Assembly (NCBI GenBank): GCA_964057225.1
Contig: OZ059897.1
Span: forward strand, 12,958,001-13,022,000
Direction: 5' to 3'
DNA from: Auanema rhodensis
Taxonomy: Eukaryota; Animalia; Nematoda
DNA length: 64,000 nt
The notes under the pieces were generated by a model, which made no database searches, was not told where the DNA came from, and was given only the letters and a program-made list of their open reading frames with translations. The position numbers were made by a program, and so were the translations under genes. Positions 40,501 to 55,700 of the stretch are shown here, piece after piece (the first letter of the stretch is position 1; the number at the start of each line of letters is the position of its first letter).

Positions 40501-41644
40501 TTTCCGTTGATTTTTTCGGATTATGAATACATTAAGGTTAGTATATAATCCATTATTAATCTATCTATATCTCATTTTCTAAACTTAAAGTTTGAAAATT
40601 CAAAAATCGTGGATATTTTCATTCAAATTCTTATTATCAAATTCTCTAACTAAAAATATTTTTCATTTAATCAAAAAAATATTTCAAGAGCATTATTGTC
40701 TTTTCTTCATCAACAGTTAAGACAGCTTGGTGAACATTGTTGCCAATTTTGAGATAAAATAATATAAATAAAAAGAAAATGTTGATGATTTTGAAATAAT
40801 AAATCTGATAAAACATATAAAATATTTATTATCAGATTTATTTTACATTTCTTACGAAAATTGAAGAAGAAAAACGATGACTGCTGGAATATTACTATTG
40901 TACTTTCTATTTAAGCTTCTTGTTCTTCAAAACTGAAATCAATAGATTATCATCTAGATCACTAAAAATATTTCTTTTATATAAGTAAATCATCAGAGAC
41001 CAATTGTCATCAAAGACATTTTCATTTGATTCATGTAAATTTCATTCTTGTTTATTCCATTTCTTATCAAGATTTCTAATAACAAATTGTTTTTTTCAGT
41101 GCTGAACGAACTCCAATTTGGAATAACTGCAAATCATTGAGCGTCATTTCGTCGAATACTCCCAGAGAGAGTATTTTCTCAAGTTCAATTCTCTCAAGTT
41201 TTAAAAAGTTTAGAATCTTCGCACAGAAACATCATTGCTTTTCTGAATAGCAAACCTTTGAGTAGGAAGTATATACATATGTATGTATGTATGTATGTAC
41301 TTCCTCATAGCTTACTCTTATAAAATGCAATTGAAAGATCAGCGGATGAATTTTAAACATTTTGCTTATAAGCCGTATAGTACTGATTACGTCGGAAAGA
41401 TATATACAGACAATAAGTATGACCTTCTATGATATAAGAACAATCTATTACATAGTTCTTAAAGAATTAGTATATTTGGGTTTCTCTAAACCATGTCATA
41501 TTCCTAATAATTGCCTGTCACGCAAGCAATTATTGCTTTTGGTTGGCTTCTTAATTTAGCTATTAAAACCTTTACATAGTTTTGATAGACTTCTTTAGGA
41601 TGTTTCTAGAATAAATACAGCTTTAAGAAAGAGGTATAGAGAGG

Positions 41645-41647
<3 letters not shown>

Positions 41648-41684
<37 letters not shown>
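41648..41684. repeat. (GA)n microsatellite
   Basis: Directly visible. Confidence 0.95.
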
Positions 41685-41688
<4 letters not shown>

Positions 41689-43347
41689 ATGTAAGAGTAC
41701 AAAAGGTGTATAACATAAGGAAAGAAACAAAGAATAAATATATGAGAGATATGTGATATCGAATTAAAGATTCAGAGAAAGAGAGAAACCCACATGATAA
41801 CATTATTCATTTGAATATCTTTTCATTCCATATTTAAAACATTTTTACCCTATCGTTTTCTTTATATTTCGAAATATTCGTTAAAATTTCAATTACTTTC
41901 TTCAACTCAACGAAATTTGACATCAAACATTCAGCGCAGGCTTCGCCCTTTGAATTAAAGTTTGTCGTTTTCGGATAAACTCTTAACAAAAAAAATGAAA
42001 ATTTCTAACGAATAATAGAAATTCAAAATCTTTTTATTCAACAATCATGGGCTCCGTAGTTTTTTTTATAATTCAGAGAAGGGTCAATGATTTTAAACCG
42101 GAACCTTTTCTATATTAAACTGCTTGATGTTTCTCTTTAATACTTCATCTTTCTTACTTCTCTTTGTTTTCGAATTCATTTTTCTAATTCAAACTATATA
42201 TGTATATAATCTATTTTAAACTTTTTGTTATCCAATAATATGAATTTGTAATTTTTTTTTCTCGTTGAGATGACCACCTTGGTTACTGTAATCAAAGTAC
42301 TTTTGAAGCCATTTTAATGTGGAAAAAACGAAACTATTCGTATGAAATATTGAATAATTACTAATGGAAGAAAATATATTTAAATGTATTATTATTTTTT
42401 ATTTAAAAAGAATAATAAAGCTAAGAAGATAAAGATTGAATATCTCTTATATGAGTCATTGGCATTACCAATGGTTTTTTCTATTTCTGTTTTTTTTATC
42501 TTCTTCTTCTTCTTCCTATACCTCTATCGTTTTTTTTTTCGTGAGAAAATGAAAAAAAGAAGGATAAAAGTAGTACCAGTAAATGAAATAAATTATAAAT
42601 TGAAATTAATGATCTTTTGATTCCAAATACATAGCTATTTCTATCAATATAAACTTCATTTCAATAAAAAATTTGAAATGAAATACATATTCTTTATCTT
42701 TTAATAGTATAAATACTTTTTGTATTAATTTATAAAATTTATATAGAGAGAAATCAAAAATAAGAAATTGAAGGTTAGAAAAGAGAAAGAAAGAGAAAAG
42801 GTCCATAGAATAGCAAAGCACTTAGGTGACTTTTCCGGCTTTGAAGATTCAAAATGCTTCAGAAGGCCATTAAAACAACATCCTGTGATGAAGAGTTAGA
42901 TGAACAACGATAATGGGGATGTAATAGCTCATTTTTATTCACAAAATCATTAAAGTGTAGGAAATTGGCATTTTCTTCATATTTACTATTTACTATAATC
43001 AGCTTTAAACTTTCGAAAAAATTTTTTTTCTAAAATTAGTCTTGTAGTGGTCAATAGTTGTCAATTCAAATATATATATATATTATAAAAGCTTATTATC
43101 ATATCATAAGAATATGACAAGAAAAGTATAAAAAGAATTTTCTTTACTCATTATCATTACATTAATGGATTTTCATTATTTTTTTTTTTGGAATTTTTAA
43201 ATTAAGATCATGAAAAATGATGACCTAAGACTTAGAAATACGCACACGAGAAATGCTTCGGTCTCAGCTGCATTTATAATTTCATTATATAAATTAAGAT
43301 TCTTCTCTCAGTGTATTACAAAGTTTAGGAATTTTTCTGATTATGAG

Positions 43348-43404
<57 letters not shown>
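43348..43404. repeat. (CT)n microsatellite
   Basis: Directly visible. Confidence 0.95.
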
Positions 43405-43408
<4 letters not shown>

Positions 43409-46400
43409 ATCTATCTATCCCCTTGATATCACATCCTTCCTTATTTTCATTTTTTTCTGATTCTTTTGGCTATCTTCAGATTTTATAATTCAAATATTAT
43501 TACTCTTCATTAAGTAATAGACCATTTTTAATATTTCAAATGATTTTTTTAAATTTTATATATTATTTAATAATAATTATCTTTCTTTACAATAAATTTC
43601 ATAATTTAAATTATTTCTTATATATAAATATATATTTATATCTTGAAGAAAGCAATGCTTCTCATGATCTTTAAGCTTTTTTGCATGTTCATCTGTCCAA
43701 TTATTCACAATCACAGATGGCACAAGTTGCAATTTCCAATTATTTTAGTATTACCCTAAAGTTTAATTATAAATACAAAAAAAAGAAGAATAAGAGAAAA
43801 GATTTATAGGCTTTATAGACATCATTTCAATTCAAATGTTTAACAAAACTTTTTAATTTGATATTCTTTATCAAATTAAACTTTTATACATATATGTATA
43901 TATGAATATGTATATACATATGTGTATAGCTATAAATAAAAAATTTAAAAAACTACATTATTTTGTATTTTTTTTTCTCAAAATGTACTTTTTCATTAAC
44001 TTTTTTTGATAAAATTTTAAGAATATGTACATGTATTTGCTCTAATGATTACTATTGATTTAAGAGATTGGTCATTTTCAATCTTTTATAGTATAGACAA
44101 CAAGCTATACATGTACGTATATGCATATATAAGTAGATTTTCTTCTCTTTTCATATAAATTATATTAATTTGTCTATCTTCCTCCTTAGATTTCCCTTCT
44201 TTTCTTTATTTTCTCTCTTCTTCCTCTAATCTCTCACCGTTAATCGCAGAAGTAACCTATAGAAGGTGCGTATTAAGCACTTAATGTTATAATCACATGT
44301 CACAAAATTGTTCCTATTCCCTGTATATTTTAATAATAATGCACCATCTTTCTTCAATAAATTTTATAATAATTCTCTCTAACCCTCTTTCTCTCTCTCT
44401 CTCTCGTTCTCTCTTTCTCTCTGTCTAATCTCTCTGGCTATCATAATATGTTGACCATATTCTCTTCTACACCTAGACCAATTATTATTTTAATGTTCGA
44501 AAACAAATATAATCAAAACTAGTCAAACTTATAACAATTGTTTTAAAGTTCAAAATAATATTTTTTTTGATTACAAATGTATTTCAATTCAAATTTATAT
44601 CTACGATTTGATCTACGAATTTACAACTGAATACTCCCTCATATGTAGCTTGATTAATACAAATATGCAAAGGTTGTTTCATGACTTCAACGATCTTTTC
44701 AAACATATTTTCAAGTTTGTCAAAATGTCTTAAAGCTCATCATATTAAATGGATATCTTTTCATTTCTTCATTCATATTTCAGAATATAAAATTAGTTTT
44801 CTACTATCTATTGTTCAATATTAAAAAAGCTAAAAAGCTTGAAATATCGTCATATACAGTTCAATATGATTGCACAAAGACCAAAAGCTTTTCTTTTACA
44901 TCCTCTCTTTCCATTTGATACATGTCTCTTCTCCGTTTTCAATCTTTCCATTTAGGAAATATTCATTTATGTTTATTGGAGCTAGTTCAATAGCTGATAT
45001 TCTTTATATTATTTCAATTTTTTCCCCTGCTCTCTGTCCTATTTCATATGAGTCTAATGGCTTTTACTTTCAATTTTTATAATTTTTCTGAACTTTACTC
45101 CAATGTGCTGCAAACTTCAAAGCCTTAATCGATCAAAATATAGAATTTCTAAAATATTTCAATCATTTCTCCCTATATCAATGGAAAACCATGTTTAGAG
45201 AAATTAAGACTGAACGCAAATCTCAGAAAGAACCGACAAGGCGGTTTTTTCAAATTGTTAACATTATCGATCAAACACTTATTTCAGATTCCGTCATTTA
45301 ATGATTTTTGATCAATTTAACTAAAATGTTTTATAAGTTTTTTGAATTTTCTTAATAACTAACAACTTTAAAAATTAATTTTACTACAAAAATTATTGTA
45401 ATTCGATATACATATGTATATTATCTTTCTTAATGCTTCACATTTTACAAAGTTTGTTTGAGTTATTGTGGACATATTAACAGAAAATGAATGAGAGAAA
45501 ACAAGTAGTTGACATTAATGAATTGAGTTAATCATTCCATTTTTTTGTTGTTGTTAGTGCAGTATCAGTAGAAAAAGCTGGCTTTTGATAAAATATTTAT
45601 TGGGATTGAGAAAAAAAAAAGTTGATTTGTTGCGATTTTCTGTATCTAAAGCAGCAAATCGAACTGAACACGACCACGTCCACTCGTCGCTAATCGCATA
45701 ATTATGAAAAATTTGTCTTTTTTCTATAAAATGGATAAGAGAATGCATGAAAAGATAAAGGACTTTTAGAGAGATTTCGTTTTCTGAAAGAATAAGAAGA
45801 TGGAAACCACCAAACACGCTAATATATGTACATGATGATAATGATAATGATGATGCTATTATTTAAAATTAATATAAAAATATTATATATATATATATAT
45901 ATATTTATTCTTATAATAATATAATAAAAAAATATTTAGACAATTAGTTAATAGTTATAATATTTAATTGAATAATCAAATGCATCTGAATGATTTTAAG
46001 CTATACTATACTATGTTATATTCAAACCTTTAATGTTTAGAATGCCACCTAAAATTTTATCAAATTCTTTTTTTTTCATTAAAAAGAATTTCTTCAGATT
46101 AATCTTCTTCTTTCATAATTTTTTTTTCATTCCAAATTTATCATTAGCATGATCAAATAGATTATCTGATTAAATGTTGTCTTTTTTTAAACTAATTTTT
46201 AACCAATTATTTCTAAAAAAATGATATTTCCCTTGTTCTTAATCTAATCAAATAGTTTTCTGCGAGATAGTTCATTCTATACATTCTCAGCCGAGTTGCA
46301 GGAAAAAACCTGACTACAATATGAAATATAATTTGCAAACAAAACATTTGAATACAGTTTTTTGTTGTTTCAAATGAACAGCTTTTCCTTGAAATCTATC

Positions 46401-47876
46401 TATCTTTTCCACAATTGAACAACGAGTTCAATATGTCGCCAAAGTTTTTATTTTTTCTTCGTTTGTTTCAAATATTTTTCATCAAATTAATTTATTATCA
46501 ATAATATTACTAAATAGTATATATACATATACATATATACATATGTATATAGATATAAATCTTGTATGTTTTAACTATACATATATAGTATAGTATAGTA
46601 TAGTATACATATTCATTTTTACATATTAAACATACTATAAAAGCTAAACTTGTTAAAATTTAAATTTTTAAACATATACATATTATTGAAATCAAAACAT
46701 TGGATTATTTAGCCATACTAATACTTATTTCCGTTTCCTCAATTTCTAGTTCTTTTTTTTTGTTGGATAATTTTAAAAAATATTCTTTTTGAATATAATT
46801 TCATTTTATTTCAATATAATTTATAAATTTAAATCAAACTTTTTCTTAATCTTTTTGACATTTACTGCCTAATATTTCTTAGTAAAAATCAACGGCTAAA
46901 CAGGAAATTCAAGAACGGATTTCCGTTTTCAGTTATTGGTCCGAAATTAATGACAGATTAGAAAGAAAATTTATCTTCATATCTCAAGAATCTCAGTTTC
47001 CATCCTTCAAAATCATATACACGTCGATCGTTTCAGATTTCTTGAAATTTTACTCAAAACCTACTAGTTAAATTACAAAATCTAACTTCTTTCATCAAAC
47101 TATTAGCAAAGTATCATAATAGAATATTTTTGATATATATATAGTTTTTAAATTTTTTGTTTTTTTTTTTCGGAATAAGCCCCATATGAAATTGTTTATA
47201 AATATATTAAAAAACTGGTTGAACAAAGTTTCCATTCACTTGGTTATGCTTTCACTACTTCTCTCTCAACCTTCCTTCATTTTTTTTTCGGTCTTCTTCA
47301 ATCTTTATTCTTTTTAATTGTTTTTTTTTCTTTAATATTCAAAACGAATTGCTCTCTTTATCTTTGATGTTCATAATTCATCGAAATTGTCATCTTGTTT
47401 TGTTTTTCCTTAAAATGAACTTTTATTTTCAATTATTTAATTTTAATTTTTTTAGATCTTCAAATATTGGCGAAATCTTGACTACTGCATCACATATCTG
47501 GATTTATACAAATTTTTCTATTACTCAACTGAAGAATAATTATTATTTAAGTAAGATTATAGAGGTATAACATTGATAAAATGATTATATTGATATTATA
47601 AATTTTTAAAATTTTATAATATCTTCAATCGAATATTCAAGGTTTGTTTTTATTTGAATGATTTCATTATTTCTGTAATGATTACGAGATATGGATGAAT
47701 ATGGTAAGCAGAAAGTTAGCCCTATAGCCATCAACCATAACATGCAAACATCCATATTCGGGTCGTTCATTTCTTTTTTTTTATGAAAAATAAACCAAAC
47801 TTGTTTTTTTTTGCGTAGGAGACGCTACTTTTCAACTACTGATATTCACTGTCTATCCACAGTTTCATACACTTTG

Positions 47877-47940
<64 letters not shown>
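47877..47940. repeat. (CT)n microsatellite
   Basis: Directly visible. Confidence 0.95.
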
Positions 47941-47942
<2 letters not shown>

Positions 47943-49268
47943 ATACATCTTTTCAAATCATATATATAACCTATAGATCTTAGAAAATTCAGTATACTTC
48001 TGAATCAATTCAGATACCTGTAATATCGTTTTCAACAAGATATTATTGAAATCTTACTTTGAAGATTACATTCTTCTTTGTTAGTTTGTACCGTAACCAA
48101 CAATATTGATATATTCATAGTTTGTTATTTTCAATAATTCTGAATTATATATCTAAAGTTTAGCATAAAGGCTGAAATAAACCTAATCAAGCCTATTTAC
48201 AACTTGAAAGTTCTTTCATTTTCTATGTACAGTCTGTATATATATAATGATATTGAAAGTTTCAAGCGGAAAATTGAAACAAGCATTCTGTAAAATTACA
48301 AAGTTTCTTTTAGCTGCTTATTAGAAACCGATTCAAATCATCTGTCACTCGTCATTCGTAACCGATTCGAAAACTTGGATAAGAATCGGAAAAAGTACGT
48401 ATTGGTCCTCTTAGAAACATAACATCAGTAGTTTTTAAGAATAAAAATTCTGAAAAGAGAAAAAATGAGAAAAATCGGTTATTCAATTGGTTTTTTTCTG
48501 CTTTGGAATTTTTGAAAAAAAAAAATTACCGGGCTCAGTTCAAGAGCTATCCAAATACAAGCAATGAGTCACTTTTGAACAAAAATGATTTAAAGCTTGA
48601 ACTGGTTCAAACTCAAAAAAAACCTTTTCTTTTCCATTGGTTTTACACATGATATTAAGATTCTGTACATTGAATGATTTCTTTTTGTGTTTTTTTCGCT
48701 GTTAAGAGAAATTTTTAAAGAAAAATAATGACGGAAGAAGAAGTAGAAACGATATATTTCCGTGTTTTCATATGTTATACTATTAGATCGAATAGTTATG
48801 GTATGGTATACAACAAGAACGATGAGAACAAAAATTGCACATTTCCCATATTATTCCTCAGAATTTAGTACTTTGCAAGCGGAAAAATATAAAAAATGTT
48901 GTCCATTTTCTGAAAATGTTTCATCTGCAAAGCTGATATTTTGCAAAAAGTCGTACTCAATATCTTCCTCGTTGCTTTTTTAAGTAAACCATTTTTTCAT
49001 TTATTCAGTTTCTCTATCATCTTCCTTATCAGATCACTAGAAAATTCCATTCACTTCTAAGCTGAAGAGGTGTGGTAACAGCTAGGGCTGGACAGAGAGG
49101 GGTGGTGTTGTGTTGAAGAGATTGTTGGATGTTGGTTTCTGATGCTGCTTGTAGCTGTTGCTATTTTCTGATCATCATGTTAACGAGAGAAAAAGAGAGA
49201 GAGAGATAGAGAAATAGAAAGTAAAATAATGAGAGTAAGAAGGTGTATGAGAGAAAAAGAAGGACTAC

Positions 49269-49299
<31 letters not shown>

Positions 49300-50838
49300 T
49301 AGGTTGGAAGGTGAATTAGTTGATTAGACAGTTTTCTTCCTTTCTTGCCGTTTTTTATTTCTCTTTCAATATAAATTTATATACTTGTTTATATTATTAG
49401 TAACTTTAAGTAAATTGTTTCAAAACATTTATTAGGTATAGTTAATTAAAATACTCTTAATTATATTTTTTCATATATATATACTATATACACATGTTTG
49501 GCTCATTATATCATCATCATTATCATCTACGTTCATGTCAATTTTCCTAGAATTTCGCTTTTACAACTTGATTCGATTCTTCAGTCACACGACGATGTCA
49601 ACGAATTATACCTCTGACATATCGATACTTTCTATACCTGTCCTCAGGCAAACATGTATATGTAACTTCATTTAGATTAGCAGACATCATTATGATCATT
49701 TCACCTTTAGATTCTTAGCCAAAACCTTCTACTTCTCCCCAACCCTTTTACCTTCTTCTGTAAAATTCAAATTCTAATAAGATCAAGATTCTTTTTTGAT
49801 TTGTTTTCTTTGCAGCTGCTATGAGTCTTGTAACTTTTTTAAAATTTTTTGCGTTCTCGTTCCTAGTCTTTTTCCAAACAGGTCATCAGAATATTTTTTT
49901 TCCTGTTCTTCTTCCCTTTCAACAAAACTACAATCTTGTTTTATTATTATTTTTATAAAATATAATATATTTATTTCAATTATTAATTTATAATAATGAG
50001 CAATACTGATGGGGTGGTTAATATAATTCTCTCTCTCTCTTTCTCTCTGTCCCCCTTCTCTCTCTCACTTTCTCTCTATCTCTCCTTTTCCCTCTCTCCC
50101 ACTTTCTCTCTTTTTTTATTTCTCATCAATTCCGATTATCACATTCTTAAAGCTGCTTTTCGACTTTATCCTTAGAAAACTTGAAAACTTTGCGCTGATC
50201 AGTTGAAATTTCAATTGTTTATCTTAAAGCCATTCAAACACTTCACGTAAGAGTACGACATCAAGAAGCAATAATGAGCACTTCCAACACCATCGGCGTT
50301 GCAGTTGACGACGATCATCATCCATGTTAGACTCTTCTATATGATAATCCTCCTTATATAGCATACCTACTATCAGGAAAAAATTAAATTTTATAGGACA
50401 AGTGTTATATGTTCTTACCTTTTAAGTTAATTCTCTATACATATTTCGGATGTATAACAAGAGGATTATGACTATTTTGCTTAATTCTAAGCATGGATGA
50501 CCAGCTGAAAGCTTGTTTTCGTCACAGATCAGGAGACTAAAAAGCACCAAATAAGTTACCTTCAAATCTTATATTTCCGATTGCTATAGAGATTAGTTAT
50601 TTATAGTTTTCATTATGTTCTAAAGCATGGTGAGCAATACGCATAAGTTGACATTTCACAGTTTTTCATTATACTAAGGTTAAATTAATATTTTTATTTA
50701 AATATAGTTTATTAGTTAAGATATAGAAGATATTTTAAAAGATAATCCATCAAGCATTGTTATCATATATATTATAATTAAAGCTTATTATTTTACTTGA
50801 ACTACACGTTGTTGTTTCATTTTAATGATTATTTTCGT

Positions 50839-50843
<5 letters not shown>

Positions 50844-50877
<34 letters not shown>
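50844..50877. repeat. (CT)n microsatellite
   Basis: Directly visible. Confidence 0.95.
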
Positions 50878-50881
<4 letters not shown>

Positions 50882-51902
50882 CTCTTCTCTAACTTTTTCT
50901 CTCTCTGTAGTCTATCGATACCTCTCATAGTTTTTAACAAAATTAAATTGAATATTATGAAATTAAAATGTTTTTTTCAATCAGACGCGAAGAAAGATAA
51001 GTAAGAAATCAGTTTCATTGCTAACACATGATTGATGTAATCATGAACTATGAGTTCATATTATTTCTCAATAAATAGTAAAATTCTTAATGAATATAAC
51101 ATATTAACTATCGCTAATCATGTTGTGTAGACTCTTGTAAACTATTTTCTTAATTCGTCTGAAAAATTAAACAGAAAACTTATAAAAATTGATGATCTCT
51201 AATCAGAATATATATATATATATTTTGATTAATGGTTTTTCTATTCTCGACTTGCCATTTTCGATTCCTTGAATTGACCGGTTTATATGTCTAAAATAGC
51301 ATTCATATTGAACCATCATTAGACCAATCACTTCTACTGATAGTGACACGAGAACTTCTTTAGAACTTTCTTAATTTGCTACTTCTTCAAAGAAGTTTTA
51401 CAATGAATTAACATTTGTTCAATTAAGACAAAAAAATTTGAAAATAAAATTCAATAATATAAGAAATAGATTGAAATTATTTATTAGTATATATTGATGT
51501 ATAATATATAAATATATATATATATATATAAATATATATTATACATATTATATATAAATAGATAGATAAAAACATAATTAGGCTTTAATTTCTTTAATGC
51601 CAAAATATTAACTAGATGGATGATACAGAAAGACCATAAGAGATATAGACAGCAACAGGATTTTCATTCATCGCTGCAGCTGCTGCTGAATGAAAAGTGT
51701 TGGTAGAGGCGGGCTAGATAAAAGTGAAAAAAAAAGGGGGGTGATGTGTAAATGACCATAAGCCAATGAAAAAAAAGTTCTATTTCTTCATAAATATCAT
51801 TAATTTTGAGAATTAATTATTTCAAAAAAAAATGAAATTACTATATCCCAACCGTTCTTTTGGACAAATTCGAGTTGAAATACATCAGTTACTAACGGAC
51901 AT

Positions 51903-51950
51903 TACGTGAGAAAGGCGTGACACGTGAAAGACACGTTGAAAAACCACGTG
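51903..51950. promoter_or_regulatory. Homotypic cluster of E-box/HRE-like sites
   Basis: TACGTG (51903), GGCGTG (51914), CACGTG (51921), CACGTT (51932) and CACGTG (51945) within 48 bp. Confidence 0.5.
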
Positions 51951-52647
51951 AGACATGAGTTGTACTTGATATAGGTTTTAATTTCTATTTTAACATTTGA
52001 CTATTTTTGTCCAATAATATAAATCATATGAGCAACCCTTTTTTTATCAAACAAAGAATTTTAAAATTTCGGGCTGAAACATCGAAAACTAATAATTCTT
52101 GAAATTGTTATTACTTGTATTGTTATATTCGTCTTCAAAACATTTTGAAAGACAATCATCATCATCAACACCTTTCTTCAATCTCATTTTCAATTTCATC
52201 GTCTCCTCCTCATAATCATCATCATCGTCATCATTTATCGCCATCATCACAAATTTTCATTATCTTTGCGATAGCCCAAGCCAGTCTCTTCTTCTTCACT
52301 TCTCATTGGCTTCTGTATTTCGCGGTCGTAGTTTTGACTCTTCACAAATATTCTGAAGTGGCTCCTAACTGTTACCAGGCTTCTGCTTCTACCACTGAGC
52401 ACGGCATAAGCTGTTCTACTTGAATCACGATATCTGATTTTTCCTTCAAATATCTAGCTATAATCGTAATCTTCGAACAAAAAAAAGATGAATTGATGCT
52501 CATTAATATTCTTTCATCTTTTTAATTTCACTTTTGATGAAATATGTCTTTATTTATATATTATATATCAAATTTATAAAGATCATGAAGTTTTTCTTCT
52601 TTTCTCCTCGTTGCACTATATTTTCTGACAAAACCTTTTTGTCTCTT

Positions 52648-52651
<4 letters not shown>

Positions 52652-52710
<59 letters not shown>
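52652..52710. repeat. (CT)n microsatellite
   Basis: Directly visible. Confidence 0.95.
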
Positions 52711-52713
<3 letters not shown>

Positions 52714-55700
52714 CTTTTTATCTCTATTCCTCATTCTCCATTTCTTTATCTTTCATATTCACATTGACTATCACCAATTCATCTATGATGATCATCTTAT
52801 TTCCTGGTTTCGTGAATCTGTAACAACCGGAAATCTTATCACATTTCGAGCTTTTCTATCAGTTTAAAATATAAAAAGAATTAATTTAGAATGACTTCTC
52901 ATCTTTTAACATCATCATTTAACTAATAAATTACTTTATAATCTTTTTAAATTTTATTTATTTATATATAATTTAATTATATAATATATAATTCTCAACA
53001 AGAAAACTTTCATTTTGTATTGACATAAAATTTATTGGAAATGATGACTGTTTCTAGCTCTATTTGCATTTTGTATCTTTTTTGATTTCTGTCTTTTAAA
53101 CAACTCGGCATGTCATCTTTTCTTTTTTTCCTCGTCAATTCAGTTTCTTTAACCTTTCTCAGATATTAACTATAAAAATTTCCTAAAAATATAATATAAT
53201 ATATATATATTATAATATATTATTATTATTATTATTTTCATAAAATACAAATATTTCACTTATTTAATATACACTCTTTATCAGCTCTACCGACCTTCTT
53301 TCATTTGTGCTATCTGGTTTTTGTGCTTTTCTTCAAGTGCTTGTTTCAAGACCAAAATTCCTAGAATGCCTTCTTAATTATATGAAACCAAGTATGCATT
53401 TTCAGCATATTTATCTAAAAAGCTTCTAATTATAATTTTTTTTCATTCTAGGCAAATGCATTGAAACGATATTAATTAAAACTTTTTTTTTTGAAAAATA
53501 AAGGTCAAATAGTTCAAATCTAATAACTCGTTATGTATACATATTCTGAATGTCCATTTGTCCAGTACAATTTGTACTAATATGTTAGATGATAATTGTA
53601 TATTTCTATTAACAGACCGAGAAACAAACTAGTTTCAATAGGCTCTACATCATTGTTTTTCAAAAAAAAAAACGAATTGTTTACACGCAAAGTGTTAATG
53701 TGCACTCGAATTACATATTATTGCCGATCATCTCTATTCGAACAGTATATTCATGTTATCCTGTTCATTTTCTTTTTTTTTTATTCTTTGTTATTAAAAT
53801 TTTTTTTAATTTATTATTTCAAATCATTTATCCGATCTTCTAGCATTTATTTTATAGATATGTACATCCAATTTTTGACACAAAAAACAGAATTAGTCGT
53901 ATCGTTTTAAACATTTTCAATTTTTTGTTTGAAATTCATAGCTTCCACAAACACTTTCAGGAAGTTAAATGTACTTAATCTGAACTGTTTCTTTATCTTC
54001 CAAAAAAAACTTCCCTTCTTCTTTGACTTCACACCTTTCTCTTATATTTTCTCTCCAACTTTTATTCTCTGTTCTTCTGAATTGTCTATCTTCCACTTAG
54101 TATATCATCATTTATTCTATATTCTCTTCTTTTCTCCTTCTCTCTCTCTCTCTCTTTTTCTCTTATTTTAATTTCTCTTTCTTTAACCAACGTGAATTCT
54201 CTTCCAGTTTACAAGCAATATGTTTCCAAAAACAGCTAAAGACTGTATCGAGCATGCATGTTTGCCCCTGAAAGCTTCTTCAAGTGGACCGATATCTGAA
54301 AAACGTTGAGAAATTTCAATTATTCTTTTTCTTTCTTAGCTATTCTGTCTCTTCTAATCCTATTTTCTCTCTCTCTATCTTTGAATCTTCTATTAGACCG
54401 ACTGACAACGTAACTCTTAGATTTGATCATTCAACAGCTACTGTAGAATTTTAGCTGAAAACCTTCTGTTTAATCTTTGAAATATTTGATAAGATTCACC
54501 GAACTATTACTATTTTTTGATCTATAAATATCTGATTGAAATATCTTCAATAATACAAAAATTGAAAATAAAGTTCAAATATATAATGAGTAGGTGTTTC
54601 CTGAAAATGTGTTTATAAGACGTTTGGTCAAGAAATGAGCTTCGTAGCGACCAAGTTTTAGCTTGCCCTTTGGGCAACATTTTGATTACACTTTTCGTAC
54701 AAAAATCCTAAAATTGATCATAAGGCTGAAAATCACAAATTATATTTCAGAAACTTATACAATTGTTTGATTTTCCAACAGAAACATCTGAATGAAGCCA
54801 ATATATCTATTTATGTTTTTGGAATTGAAAATACTCGGAGTGGTTGTCTCACAGTAGAGGGAGAGCGCGAAAATCCGCTTCTCAAGTGGTTTCATCATTA
54901 ATTCCTTCATTTTCTTCTTCTCCTCCTCTCTTTCAACCAACTATGAAAGACTAGTTCTTCGTCTGAAGCTACTGTGCGGCTTCTGCTTCTGATGATGGCG
55001 ATTGGATGAGGATGGTTTCTGAAGAGAGTATACAGAAGACTCTTTACAGCAAATTACTAGGTCATTATTGACCAGATGAAGCAACTATTTCACGTTTTTT
55101 CAATAACCATTTAAGTTTTGAAGAGATATTTATTTTATTTTTCACACACCGAAAAATGTCTCAATAGAATACATTTCTAAGATCTATTACATGTATCGGC
55201 TACTTCAGATTTTTCTTATTTTCATAATGTATTCATGTATACTCATGGCTATTTCTATATTTTCATCAACAAATCAACTGATTTCAAGGTTGTATGTGTA
55301 ATTAACACTTGAACCTTTGAGATAACTTGATTATAGTACTTCAATAATTCGATAGTTCCTTTATATCAGCAGCTTTTCAACCTTAAAGCTTTAATTGCTT
55401 AGATGTCATAGTAAGTTACAGTTATAAATGGTTGTCGGTTTCATGTACTTGAGCTTATGCTGTCATTCAACGTCATCAGCCTGTTTAGCCAAACTAGGCT
55501 AACTGTAAATCATATCCAACACGAAAGTTTAAAATTGAATAAAGAGGCAAAATAAAGAGTGAACAGGGTGTTAGAGAATTATCGCAAACATCTGTGAAAA
55601 TTAGTCAACTTGATAATCAAACTAGCAGATATATCATGTTATATCTTCTGGTTTGTTTGATGTTAATCAAACTTTATTTCATACTTAGTAATCTTTTTAT

